Origin: Candidatus Borrarchaeota archaeon | Lineage (GTDB): Archaea; Asgardarchaeota; Sifarchaeia; Borrarchaeales; Borrarchaeaceae | NCBI GenBank assembly: GCA_016840315.1 | Contig: JAEOSO010000004.1 | Span: 1 to 32,000 of the forward strand | Length of the DNA stretch: 32,000 nt | Direction: 5' to 3' | In this document: piece after piece, positions 8,185 through 16,467 of the stretch | Numbering within the stretch: the first letter of the stretch is position 1 | How the letters are laid out: the number at the start of each line of letters is the position of its first letter | Program-made: the position numbers and the translations under genes | Notes under the pieces: model-generated | Told to the model about the DNA's origin: nothing | Seen by the model: the letters and a program-made list of their open reading frames with translations, nothing else | Databases searched by the model: none

Positions 8185-9564
8185 ATGAAAATGGTAAGAC
8201 TGCAGAAAAAACTCTTTGGTACAAATGGCATACGTGGTGTAGCAAACAAAGACATTACTGCTAAATTTTGTATTAATATGGGCAGTGCCATTGCGACCCA
8301 TTTCGGGAGCGGAACATTGATTGTGGGATGCGATGGGCGTACAAGCAATCAAATGCTGAAATCAGCTGTCATTTCAGGTATCGTTTCCGCAGGTCTCGGC
8401 GTGCTTGATATTGGCTTATGCCCAACGCCTGCACTCCAGTATGCGTTACCTCACTACGGTGTTAGAGGGGGTGTAATGATTACAGCGTCACATAATCCAC
8501 CTGAATACAATGGCATCAAGGTTATAGATAGAGATGGGGTTGAAATCTCTAGTGAAGAGGAATTAGCCATTGAGACAATTTATTTTGAAAAAAAACAACG
8601 TTTGGCAGAATGGAATAAGATCGGAAGAATTCAAACTGAGTCTAAAGCATGTGACGTATACAAAGAGGCAATAAAGATACATGTGACGGGCAAAGATGAG
8701 ATTCGAAGGGCAAAATTGAAAGTAGTCGTCGATCCGGCAAACTCGGTTGGCGCATTAGTGACCCCGTATGTACTTAGGGAACTTGGCTGTAGTGTAATAA
8801 CTATTAATGGCCACATAGACGGTACTTTCCCAGGACGAACCCCAGAGCCCACCCCAAAGACACTCAAAAATCTTTCAAAAATCGTAACAGGCGTAGGTGC
8901 AGATTTCGGTGTAGCACACGATGGAGACGCTGATCGTGCGATATTTGTGGATGAAACAGGTGTAGTACAACCAGGAGATCGTACTTTTGCACTTATCGAA
9001 AAGCACGTCCTGTCAAAAAACCCGAAAAACAAAGTAGTAACGCCCGTTGCTTCTTCTTCTATGATTGAAGAGATTGCGAGCCAATATGATTCTAAAATTG
9101 TATGGACAAAAGTCGGATCGGTAGACGTCTCAAGAGCAATTTTGCGAGAAAATTCAATTTTAGGTGGCGAAGAAAATGGTGGTGTCTTTTTCAGTGAATT
9201 CCAACCCGTGCGTGATGGGGCAATGACTGCTGCATTGATTGCAGAGATTGTTGCTAAATCGAATAAAAGTTTGTTTACTTTATTGGGCGAGTTACCGCAG
9301 TATTTTAATATAAAACTCAAGACCTCGTGCCCGAACGAAAAGAAAGCGCAAGTAATTGAAATAATTTTGGAAAATACAAAAGAGTACGATTCGATTACAA
9401 TTGATGGTACGAAGATTCTTACTGATGATGGTTGGGTTCTTATTCGTCCCAGTGGTACTGAGCCAGTTTTCCGAAGTTTTGCTGAGGCAAAAACACAAGA
9501 ACGCGCTAAAGAATTAGCTGAGTGGGGCATTTCACTTGTAAAAGATGCTCAAAGAGAATTATAA
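8185..9564 (+). CDS. glmM: alpha-D-phosphohexomutase (phosphoglucosamine mutase / phosphomannomutase type)
   Basis: LFGTNGIRG N-terminus, phosphoserine loop TASHNPPEYNGIK, metal loop HDGDADR, GGEENGG sugar loop, IRPSGTEP C-terminal loop. Substrate specificity cannot be decided from sequence. Confidence 0.85.
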   Translation: MKMVRLQKKLFGTNGIRGVANKDITAKFCINMGSAIATHFGSGTLIVGCDGRTSNQMLKSAVISGIVSAGLGVLDIGLCPTPALQYALPHYGVRGGVMITASHNPPEYNGIKVIDRDGVEISSEEELAIETIYFEKKQRLAEWNKIGRIQTESKACDVYKEAIKIHVTGKDEIRRAKLKVVVDPANSVGALVTPYVLRELGCSVITINGHIDGTFPGRTPEPTPKTLKNLSKIVTGVGADFGVAHDGDADRAIFVDETGVVQPGDRTFALIEKHVLSKNPKNKVVTPVASSSMIEEIASQYDSKIVWTKVGSVDVSRAILRENSILGGEENGGVFFSEFQPVRDGAMTAALIAEIVAKSNKSLFTLLGELPQYFNIKLKTSCPNEKKAQVIEIILENTKEYDSITIDGTKILTDDGWVLIRPSGTEPVFRSFAEAKTQERAKELAEWGISLVKDAQREL

Positions 9565-9698
9565 AAGGCACACAGTTGAGTGTAGTTGTCCCAGCCAATC
9601 ATCTTAAATATTCTTCAATTCTATTTATCCTGCCTATTTAATATGAAAATATTTATGACTTAATAATTGACCACATGAGATGAAGTGAGGTAGTCGTA

Positions 9699-11051
9699 TT
9701 GGTACTTGAAAAACTTAGTAGCTCTTTGAATAGTGCGTTGCGCAAATTACTTCGAATGCCTACTATCGATGAGAAAGCGATTAAGGAGCTTGTCAAGGAC
9801 TTACAACGCGCCCTTTTACAAGCTGATGTAAAGGTTGATCTCGTTTTTGAACTTTCAAAAAACATCCAGAAGAGAGCATTATCAAAGGAACTTCCTCCTG
9901 GCATCACCAGAAGAGAGCATGTCATAAAGACAGTTTATAATGAGCTTGTAACAGTTCTCGGTGAAAAAACTGAAGTGATCCGTGTTAAGCCCGGACAAAC
10001 AACAATAATCATGGCTATAGGGATACAGGGAAGCGGAAAAACTACGTCTTGCGCCAAATTAGCCTATTTCCACAAAAAGAAGGGATTCAAAACAGCACTT
10101 GTATGCGGCGACACATATAGACCGGCTGCTTTTGATCAACTCTCACAATTGGCAGCATCCATAAATGTACCGATTTATGGAGATCCTTCCGAAAAAGATG
10201 CAATAAAGTTAGTAAACAGAGGGGTTGAGCAATTCACTGAAGAAAAATACGAAGTAATTATTGTGGATACTGCTGGACGTCATAAGGATGAAACGTTTCT
10301 CATAGAAGAAATGAAGGCAATTGAACGTGCAATTCATCCACATGATATTGTTTTAGTAATAGATGGAACTCTTGGTCAACAAGCGTATATTCAGGCTGAA
10401 GCATTCAAAGAAGCTACAGATATTGGCTCAATACTAGTGACAAAACTTGATGGAAGTGCTCGTGGAGGCGGTGCTTTATCTGCTGTGGCTGCAACGGGAG
10501 CACCAATAAAATTCATCGGCACGGGTGAAAAGATAGAGGACCTTGAAAAGTTTAACGGTCCTCGTTTTGTTGGAAGATTACTTGGGATGGGTGATTTAAC
10601 CTCACTACTTGAAAAACTTAAAGAAGCGGAAATCACTCCTTCTAAAAAAGAAGCAAAAGTCTTCCTTTCAGGTAAATTTACACTACTAGACTTTCGTGAA
10701 CAAATTAAAAAGATGGGAAAGATTGGACCCCTGTCAAAGATATTCAGTTTTCTTCCCGGAGTTGCTAATATTCCAGAAGAGTTAAAATCAATGTCAGAAG
10801 AAAAAATAAAGCGATGGGAACACATCCTCGATAGTATGCGGACTGAAGAATTAATAAATACCAAACTTCTAAAACGTTCCCGTGTTGTTCGTGTAGCACG
10901 TGGTTCCGGAAGCGAAGTAAAAGAAGTGCGAGAGTTACTTCAACAATACAATATGCTCAGAAAACTTATGAAAGGCATGAGAGGACGACGACGAATGAAA
11001 GGGCTCCCCATGATGCCCGGTGGACTTCCTGATTTGCCCCTTGATACATAA
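9699..11051 (+). CDS. srp54: Signal recognition particle protein SRP54
   Basis: TTG start with GTGAGGT SD. MVLEKLSSSL N-terminus. GTPase motifs GIQGSGKTT, DTAGR, TKLDGSARGG. Met-rich M-domain tail. Confidence 0.95.
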   Translation: MVLEKLSSSLNSALRKLLRMPTIDEKAIKELVKDLQRALLQADVKVDLVFELSKNIQKRALSKELPPGITRREHVIKTVYNELVTVLGEKTEVIRVKPGQTTIIMAIGIQGSGKTTSCAKLAYFHKKKGFKTALVCGDTYRPAAFDQLSQLAASINVPIYGDPSEKDAIKLVNRGVEQFTEEKYEVIIVDTAGRHKDETFLIEEMKAIERAIHPHDIVLVIDGTLGQQAYIQAEAFKEATDIGSILVTKLDGSARGGGALSAVAATGAPIKFIGTGEKIEDLEKFNGPRFVGRLLGMGDLTSLLEKLKEAEITPSKKEAKVFLSGKFTLLDFREQIKKMGKIGPLSKIFSFLPGVANIPEELKSMSEEKIKRWEHILDSMRTEELINTKLLKRSRVVRVARGSGSEVKEVRELLQQYNMLRKLMKGMRGRRRMKGLPMMPGGLPDLPLDT

Positions 11052-11153
11052 TTGCATGCACATGCTATCTTCTTAAAGTTAGCAGTTTTTTACTCTCTTA
11101 TTCTCTTCTTAATGACTACTGATTTTAATCGTATAGGCGATATCGTGATCTAC

Positions 11154-12488
11154 ATGGATGAGAAATCTATAGACAATTGGTTGAAAAAGACGTTTGAACT
11201 ATTGAAATCGCATTGCCTTTGTGACAGCTGCCTTGGCAGACAGTTTGCTGATTATGGTAGTGGTTTGACAAATAAGGAACGGGGTTTTGCGATTAAAACG
11301 TTCCTGACTATGAACGCACATCGTCTTGAAGATATTGAACTTTTGAAAATCCTTGCCACTCATGGGACATTTAAGCCTGCCATTAAGACGCTTGCCACAT
11401 TCGGAATAGAAATACAAACAACTGATTCAGAGTGTTTTTTATGCGAAGAAATACTTGATGATCTTCCAAAGTATGCTGACGAAATTCTTCAAAAACTTGA
11501 ATCTGTTGATTTTAATACCTTTCTTGTTGGCTCTAAGATTTCGACATTACTCTTAGAACGCGAGGATGAACTCAGAGCAAGGTATTATATTGATTCAGGG
11601 GAAGCATGCAAATCTGAAATAAATAGGGAGCTCGGAAAATACATTCAAAAACACACCGGAAACAATCCTGACTTTCAGAACCCCGATATCGTCATATTCT
11701 TTGATACAGTGGAGAAGAACATCTCATTATCAGTGAATCCGCTTTTCATATACGGTCGCTACCGAAAACTAGTGCGTGGAATTCCCCAAAGTACGTGGAT
11801 CTGTTCATCTTGCCAAGGCGAAGGATGTGATGAATGCAATGGCACAGGAAAGCGATATCCTGAGTCAATAGAAGAATTGATATCCCATCCCGCATTGGAG
11901 CTTACAGGTGGTAAAGGCGCAAAAATCCATGCCGCCGGACGTGAGGATATAGATGCAAGAATGCTTGGCAATGGAAGACCTTTTGTACTCGAAATTAAAG
12001 ATCCAAAAAGGCGTAACGTTTCTCTAGAATTTCTTGAAGAGGCAATCAATCAGCACGCCAAAGAAAAGGTAGAGGTGTCTGATTTAAGGAAGACTACCCG
12101 AGAGGTAATTAGGCAAATCAAAGCCCGCTCTAAATTCTCAGAGAAAACCTACAGATTGCTTGTAAAGGTTGCTCGAAAAATAGAAACTGATGATGTGAAG
12201 AAAATCGAACAATCATTTCAATCTGTTACCATCAACCAACGAACTCCTCAACGAGTAGTACACAGGCGTGTAGACAAAACTCGCCAGAAAAGAGTATTTA
12301 GTTTAAAGGTTCAGCAAATTCTAGATGATCATACGATGGAGATCAAAGTCTACTGTGAGGGCGGACTCTATGTCAAAGAGTTGCTAACAGGAGATGAGAG
12401 TTTTACTACTCCTAGTGTCAGCGAATTACTAAGTTCGTCCATTGAAGTGCTTGAAATTGATGTATTAAAAGTTCATTCACACTCTTGA
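11154..12488 (+). CDS. pus10: tRNA pseudouridine synthase Pus10
   Basis: N-terminal zinc module CLCDSCLGRQFA plus CFLCEE, second cluster CSSCQGEGCDECNGTG, catalytic region GREDIDARMLGNGRPFVLEI. ATG 11154 is preferred to the TTG at 11052, whose N-terminal extension is hydrophobic junk. Confidence 0.9.
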   Translation: MDEKSIDNWLKKTFELLKSHCLCDSCLGRQFADYGSGLTNKERGFAIKTFLTMNAHRLEDIELLKILATHGTFKPAIKTLATFGIEIQTTDSECFLCEEILDDLPKYADEILQKLESVDFNTFLVGSKISTLLLEREDELRARYYIDSGEACKSEINRELGKYIQKHTGNNPDFQNPDIVIFFDTVEKNISLSVNPLFIYGRYRKLVRGIPQSTWICSSCQGEGCDECNGTGKRYPESIEELISHPALELTGGKGAKIHAAGREDIDARMLGNGRPFVLEIKDPKRRNVSLEFLEEAINQHAKEKVEVSDLRKTTREVIRQIKARSKFSEKTYRLLVKVARKIETDDVKKIEQSFQSVTINQRTPQRVVHRRVDKTRQKRVFSLKVQQILDDHTMEIKVYCEGGLYVKELLTGDESFTTPSVSELLSSSIEVLEIDVLKVHSHS

Positions 12489-12523
12489 TTATTATAACTT
12501 TGAATTTTGTCTGGTGAGAACGT

Positions 12524-13084
12524 ATGCATTCGATTAAGCGTGAATTTGTTGAGATTTGTAAACTTCTTTACGAAAGAGGTCTTGCCAGGGCCTGGGGTGG
12601 CAATGTAAGTGTCCGGAAAGGCAAAAACCACATAGTCATTACTCCGAGGGGAACCTCACTGCTGGACGTTTCATTGGATAACCTTGTTGTAACAACTCTT
12701 GATGAAGAAATTGTGAGTGAAGGCATCCCTTCCACAGAATTACCTATGCACAGTGCAATTTATCGAGCAAGACCCGATATAGAAGCTATTGTTCATATTC
12801 ACCCCCAGTTTTCAACAGTTTTTGCAATTCTTGAGAAACCGATTGAATTGCTGACAGCTGAGAGCCGAATTATTCTAGGAGAGCTTCCAATTGTTGAATA
12901 TGCTGAACCTGGCTCTAAGAAACTTGCTGAACTCGTGGCAAGTAGTTTAAAAGAAATTAAGGCCTGCATTTTGACTCGTCATGGAATTGTTGCTGGTGGT
13001 AGTTCTTTGAAGGACGCATTTTATCTCGCTGAATTAGTTGAAACAGAAGCAACCCTCAATTTTTTCATAAAATCAATTCGTTGA
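12524..13084 (+). CDS. Class II aldolase/adducin-domain protein (fuculose-phosphate-aldolase-like)
   Basis: GGNVSVR, VITPRG, PSTELPMHSAIYRARPDIEAIVHIHP (His-rich metal motif). GGTGA SD upstream. Confidence 0.8.
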   Translation: MHSIKREFVEICKLLYERGLARAWGGNVSVRKGKNHIVITPRGTSLLDVSLDNLVVTTLDEEIVSEGIPSTELPMHSAIYRARPDIEAIVHIHPQFSTVFAILEKPIELLTAESRIILGELPIVEYAEPGSKKLAELVASSLKEIKACILTRHGIVAGGSSLKDAFYLAELVETEATLNFFIKSIR

Positions 13085-13154
13085 TTTTAAAATATAACTG
13101 CACTTCTCTTGAGGCTCTGAAAGGAGCAAAAACATTTAACACAAAATGAGGAAT

Positions 13155-13163
13155 AAAAAAAAA
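13155..13163 (-). terminator. Oligo-T (T9 on minus strand) candidate archaeal terminator downstream of the UPF0147-like gene
   Basis: A9 run on the plus strand, about 50 nt past the minus-strand stop at 13214. Archaeal RNAP terminates at oligo-T tracts. Confidence 0.45.
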
Positions 13164-13174
13164 TGAAAAGTTGG

Positions 13175-13206
13175 AGGACTTGCTGTAACTTTTCCTGCGC
13201 TTCTTC
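13175..13206. repeat. Direct repeat copy A (32 nt, 1 mismatch) of the 5' coding end of the UPF0147-like gene
   Basis: aggacttgCtgtaacttttcctgcgcttcttc here versus aggacttgTtgtaacttttcctgcgcttcttc at 13443..13474. Confidence 0.9.
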
Positions 13207-13213
13207 TGCTGAT

Positions 13214-13480
13214 TCAATCAGAGACCGTTTCCAGAATGCTTACGGCGTTCCATATTCTTGTTCTGGCATGTAAAGGACAATTTGGATCCTGTGAGATTTC
13301 ATCAAGAATTGAAATCGCATTAGAAGCTTTAACAGCGGCACTATCGATTTTATCTGTTCCTATTGCATCTATACTCTCGTTGGCCGCCCTTCGAATATTT
13401 CTGGGAACACTGGTATCTTCCGAAATCATTTTAAGTACTTGCAGGACTTGTTGTAACTTTTCCTGCGCTTCTTCGCTCAT
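13214..13480 (-). CDS. Small helical protein, UPF0147-like
   Basis: [14 protein letters not shown]...[16 protein letters not shown]...[29 protein letters not shown]. Family assigned from remembered motifs ([18 protein letters not shown]). ATG 13480 has a GGAGG SD 9 nt upstream. Confidence 0.75.
   Translation of the reverse strand: MSEEAQEKLQQVLQVLKMISEDTSVPRNIRRAANESIDAIGTDKIDSAAVKASNAISILDEISQDPNCPLHARTRIWNAVSILETVSD
13443..13474. repeat. Direct repeat copy B (inside codons 3-13 of the UPF0147-like gene)
   Basis: See copy A. The copies are spaced 268 bp apart. Confidence 0.9.
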
Positions 13481-13604
13481 TTGTTTAGCCTCCATGTTAA
13501 TCAGCAATTATGCTATAAGTAAATTAATCACATTCTCTCAAAATATACGGAAGGAACATCGTTTTTAAAGTTTTTTCACTAATACAAGCATATAGGCGAG
13601 TTTG

Positions 13605-13979
13605 ATGAAAGAATCTAATGATGAAAGACAACAAAATGTTGATGAAGGAATCCAAAAAGCAGTTGAATTGATGCGCCAGGGCGCAACAATGTTAAATGAG
13701 GCATGTCCAGAGTGTTCTGGTCCTCTCTTTCAATTAAAAGATGATATCATATGTCCTCAATGCGAAAAAAAGGTGTTGATTGTATCTGATGAAGCTGAAG
13801 TTCAAGAAATAGAGAAAGAAGCTATATTGGCTGAGTTAGATCTAGCAATTTGTACGCAAATTGAAACTCTGATAAAAAGATTAGATAAAGAAAATGATTC
13901 AGACGAACTTATGGGAATTGGGCGACTGACTATTTTATGGCTTGAAGCCCTCGAAAAACTGAAACGTATCCGCTCATAA
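13605..13979 (+). CDS. Zinc-ribbon protein, UPF0148 / autoantigen-p27-like
   Basis: GATMLNEACPECSGPLFQLKDDIICPQCEKKV is a CxxC...CxxC ribbon after a short helical N-terminus, followed by a helical acidic C-terminus. Confidence 0.7.
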   Translation: MKESNDERQQNVDEGIQKAVELMRQGATMLNEACPECSGPLFQLKDDIICPQCEKKVLIVSDEAEVQEIEKEAILAELDLAICTQIETLIKRLDKENDSDELMGIGRLTILWLEALEKLKRIRS

Positions 13980-13992
13980 CGGGTAATATTTT

Positions 13993-14403
13993 CTATATAT
14001 TTGCTATATATGCTTTGATTTCTTCTAAAATCTTTTTTCGAAGGCTCATGACCTCACGCACGTCTACTCCACGCGCCTCTTTGATAATTGTCTTTAGTTG
14101 CACAATATCTCCTACGGCTTGGATATTTTCTATATCAACGGGAAATTCGACTTCAAGGCCTTTAACGACAATTTCAGCTTTTATTTGAGGGAGAGTTTGG
14201 AGTGATAGTCGGATACTTCGTACTATGCCGATGCGTTTGGCACTGGCATCTATAACCTCTTTTCCCAAGATCTTGCCTGGGACAATAAGTTCGTACAATT
14301 CTATTTCAGTGAATTTTCTTTCCTCAGGAATTTCCAATTTCCGATTTTCCTCCTTCATCCTTACGTGATTGTTGATTTTTTCCTTTTTGTATTTGAGTAT
14401 CAT
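13993..14403 (-). CDS. PRC-barrel domain protein
   Basis: ILGKEVIDASAKRIGIVRSIRLSLQ...IKAEIVVKGLEVEFPVDIENIQAVGDIVQLK fits the PRC-barrel pattern. Start uncertain (ATG 14403 or ATG 14358). Confidence 0.6.
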   Translation of the reverse strand: MILKYKKEKINNHVRMKEENRKLEIPEERKFTEIELYELIVPGKILGKEVIDASAKRIGIVRSIRLSLQTLPQIKAEIVVKGLEVEFPVDIENIQAVGDIVQLKTIIKEARGVDVREVMSLRKKILEEIKAYIANI

Positions 14404-14659
14404 TCATAGAATGACTAGTAGAAAAGGCTATAATTTACCTTATGTTGGGATGTTCTGAATAATTTAAATTGAAATAATAATGAACAATTCTCTTAACTTT
14501 TCAATTCTTAATCCTTCAACTATATCTATGTAAGGATATCTATGTATGGGTAAACTCTTTAATGATATCTCACTGAAATCTTAACTGGAGAGTAAGGATT
14601 GATTATCTTTCCTGTGACTCATTTGTTCATTTGTTTAGTAGCAATTCTGGTGCGAATTC

Positions 14660-15907
14660 ATGACTTATAAAGCAGTAATAATCACACCTTCATTTCCTAG
14701 ATATCTAAACGACCCAGTCTCTCCATTTCTTTTTGAATTGTTTACTCGGGTCGTAAAACGTGGTTTTGAAATTCATGTTATTTCCCCTCACGATCAAAAA
14801 CTGCCAGGCGTTGGCCAAATACCAAAAGATGAAATCTTAGACGGCATTCACGTACATCGTTTCTCGTACATGCGCCCTCCGTGGCTACAGACTTTAACTT
14901 ATAGAAACAGAATGCCCGCTAATCTCGAAAAATCCTCTTGGGCAAAAATGTTAGCACCATTCTATTTGGCTAATGCTGCAAGGAAGACTATAGACATTTG
15001 TAAGACCTATAACATTGACATTATCTGTCCGTTCTGGGCAATTCCACAAGGTCTCATCGGCATCCTTGTTAAGCAAATTTTTAACCGCCCACTAATAGTT
15101 GGTACTTTTCCTGTTGAGATTGCCCTTACTCAATCAAAATATCGCTTTCTGATGCCTGCTCTTCAGTTAGTTTTCCAAAATGCTGATATAATTATACCTA
15201 ACTCGAATTTTACAAGAAAAGAAATTGAACATATGGGCGTTGACCGCGACAAACTAAAAATGGTTTATCCTGGCGTAGATCCTAATAAATTCAATCCCAA
15301 TTTAGACGGAACCTCTGTTAGTGATAAATATAACTGCACTGGCGATCCTATTCTTCTTACTGTTTGTAGATTGGTAGAGCGGAAAGGCATAAGATATCTT
15401 ATAGATGCTCTGCCCTCTATCAAAAAAGAATTTCCAAACGTCCAGTTAGTAATTGTAGGAGACGGTCCTGAAACTAATGTCTTAATCACCAAAGCGAAAA
15501 GATTAGGTGTTATGGATAATACTCTATTCTGTGGAACAGTACCAGACGCGGAACTCCCATATTTCTACGCGATTGCCGATGTTTTTATCCTGCCGGCGAT
15601 TATAGACTCAAAAGGAGACACCGAAGGGCTTGGTGTAGTTATGCTTGAAGCGATAGCTAGTGAAGTTCCAGTAGTTGCTTCAAGGGTAGGTGGAATTCCA
15701 GAAGCCTTAAACTACGGAAAGGCTGGGATTCTCATTGAACAAAAGAATCCTAAACAAATTGCAGAAACAGTAATCTCCGTTTTAACTGATGATAAATTAA
15801 GAAAATCCTTGATCAACAAAGGAAGAGATTGGGTGATAAACAACTTTAGTTGGGATAACCTTGCCAAACAAATGGAAAGGATTTTTCGCTATTCGCTTAC
15901 TCTTTAA
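14660..15907 (+). CDS. Glycosyltransferase, GT4 family (GT-B fold)
   Basis: C-terminal half has RLVERKGIRYLIDA, VIVGDGPE, and the E(x7)E region EGLGVVMLEAIASEVPVVASRVGGIPE. Confidence 0.9.
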   Translation: MTYKAVIITPSFPRYLNDPVSPFLFELFTRVVKRGFEIHVISPHDQKLPGVGQIPKDEILDGIHVHRFSYMRPPWLQTLTYRNRMPANLEKSSWAKMLAPFYLANAARKTIDICKTYNIDIICPFWAIPQGLIGILVKQIFNRPLIVGTFPVEIALTQSKYRFLMPALQLVFQNADIIIPNSNFTRKEIEHMGVDRDKLKMVYPGVDPNKFNPNLDGTSVSDKYNCTGDPILLTVCRLVERKGIRYLIDALPSIKKEFPNVQLVIVGDGPETNVLITKAKRLGVMDNTLFCGTVPDAELPYFYAIADVFILPAIIDSKGDTEGLGVVMLEAIASEVPVVASRVGGIPEALNYGKAGILIEQKNPKQIAETVISVLTDDKLRKSLINKGRDWVINNFSWDNLAKQMERIFRYSLTL

Positions 15908-15951
15908 AAGTCAAGAACCCCTGCAGAAAAGAATTCCATGCGCACTAAGAA

Positions 15952-16467
15952 CTACTTATAGAGCGCGTTTTGTAATTTCTGGATAAGCACTTCGTTCCAA
16001 ACACTTTGAAAGTGCTTTAAGAGCTTCCATGTCTTTTTGAGATCACCATTAAGTCGTGCTTTCTGCGCGGCGGTCAAAAGCTCATGCATGAAGAATAAAC
16101 TTTGAGTGGATGGTTCGGATGTAGGATGAAAAAAAAGAGAAGTCGATTCTACTGGCTTGATAGGGGGAGCGATTCTAATTCTTGATCGCCATGTTGCAGC
16201 CAAAAATAAACCCAAGATAGCTACATAGCCAATTAAAATAAGCGAATTATTCCGCACATTTACATTGAATACCCCTAAGATGGCATAAACCAAGGTAAGA
16301 AGTGCCATTATACTGACTGAGAATAGCGAAATAACAGTCTTTCGATATCTTTTTGAATTGTGGATGAGATCCTTGAGGAACAATAAATCGTAAACAAGAA
16401 CTGATAGGAAGAGATGATAATCGTATCCCAATTTCTTAATTAGCATCTTCATCGTTTCGCTAATCAT
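15952..16467 (-). CDS. Small membrane protein (2 predicted TM helices plus a helical C-terminal domain), translationally coupled to topA
   Basis: Hydrophobic segments SLFSVSIMALLTLVYAILGVF and LILIGYVAILGLFLAATW. ATG 16467..16465 overlaps the topA stop (16462..16460) in the string ATGATTAG. Confidence 0.55.
   Translation of the reverse strand: MISETMKMLIKKLGYDYHLFLSVLVYDLLFLKDLIHNSKRYRKTVISLFSVSIMALLTLVYAILGVFNVNVRNNSLILIGYVAILGLFLAATWRSRIRIAPPIKPVESTSLFFHPTSEPSTQSLFFMHELLTAAQKARLNGDLKKTWKLLKHFQSVWNEVLIQKLQNALYK

Noticed and set aside
8631-9530. 299-aa minus-strand ORF
   Set aside because: It lies entirely antisense to the well-supported phosphohexomutase gene. Its composition is S/T/P/F-rich with no motifs, typical of a shadow ORF.
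10391-10864. 157-aa minus-strand ORF
   Set aside because: Antisense shadow ORF inside srp54, with no recognisable domain.
13163-13273. 36-codon Cys-rich ORF ([15 protein letters not shown]...) with a GAGGA upstream, plus the 110-aa ORF 13236..13568
   Set aside because: Both are antisense readings of the UPF0147-like gene and of its duplicated 5' segment. The repeated [10 protein letters not shown] is simply the reverse-strand translation of the direct repeat.
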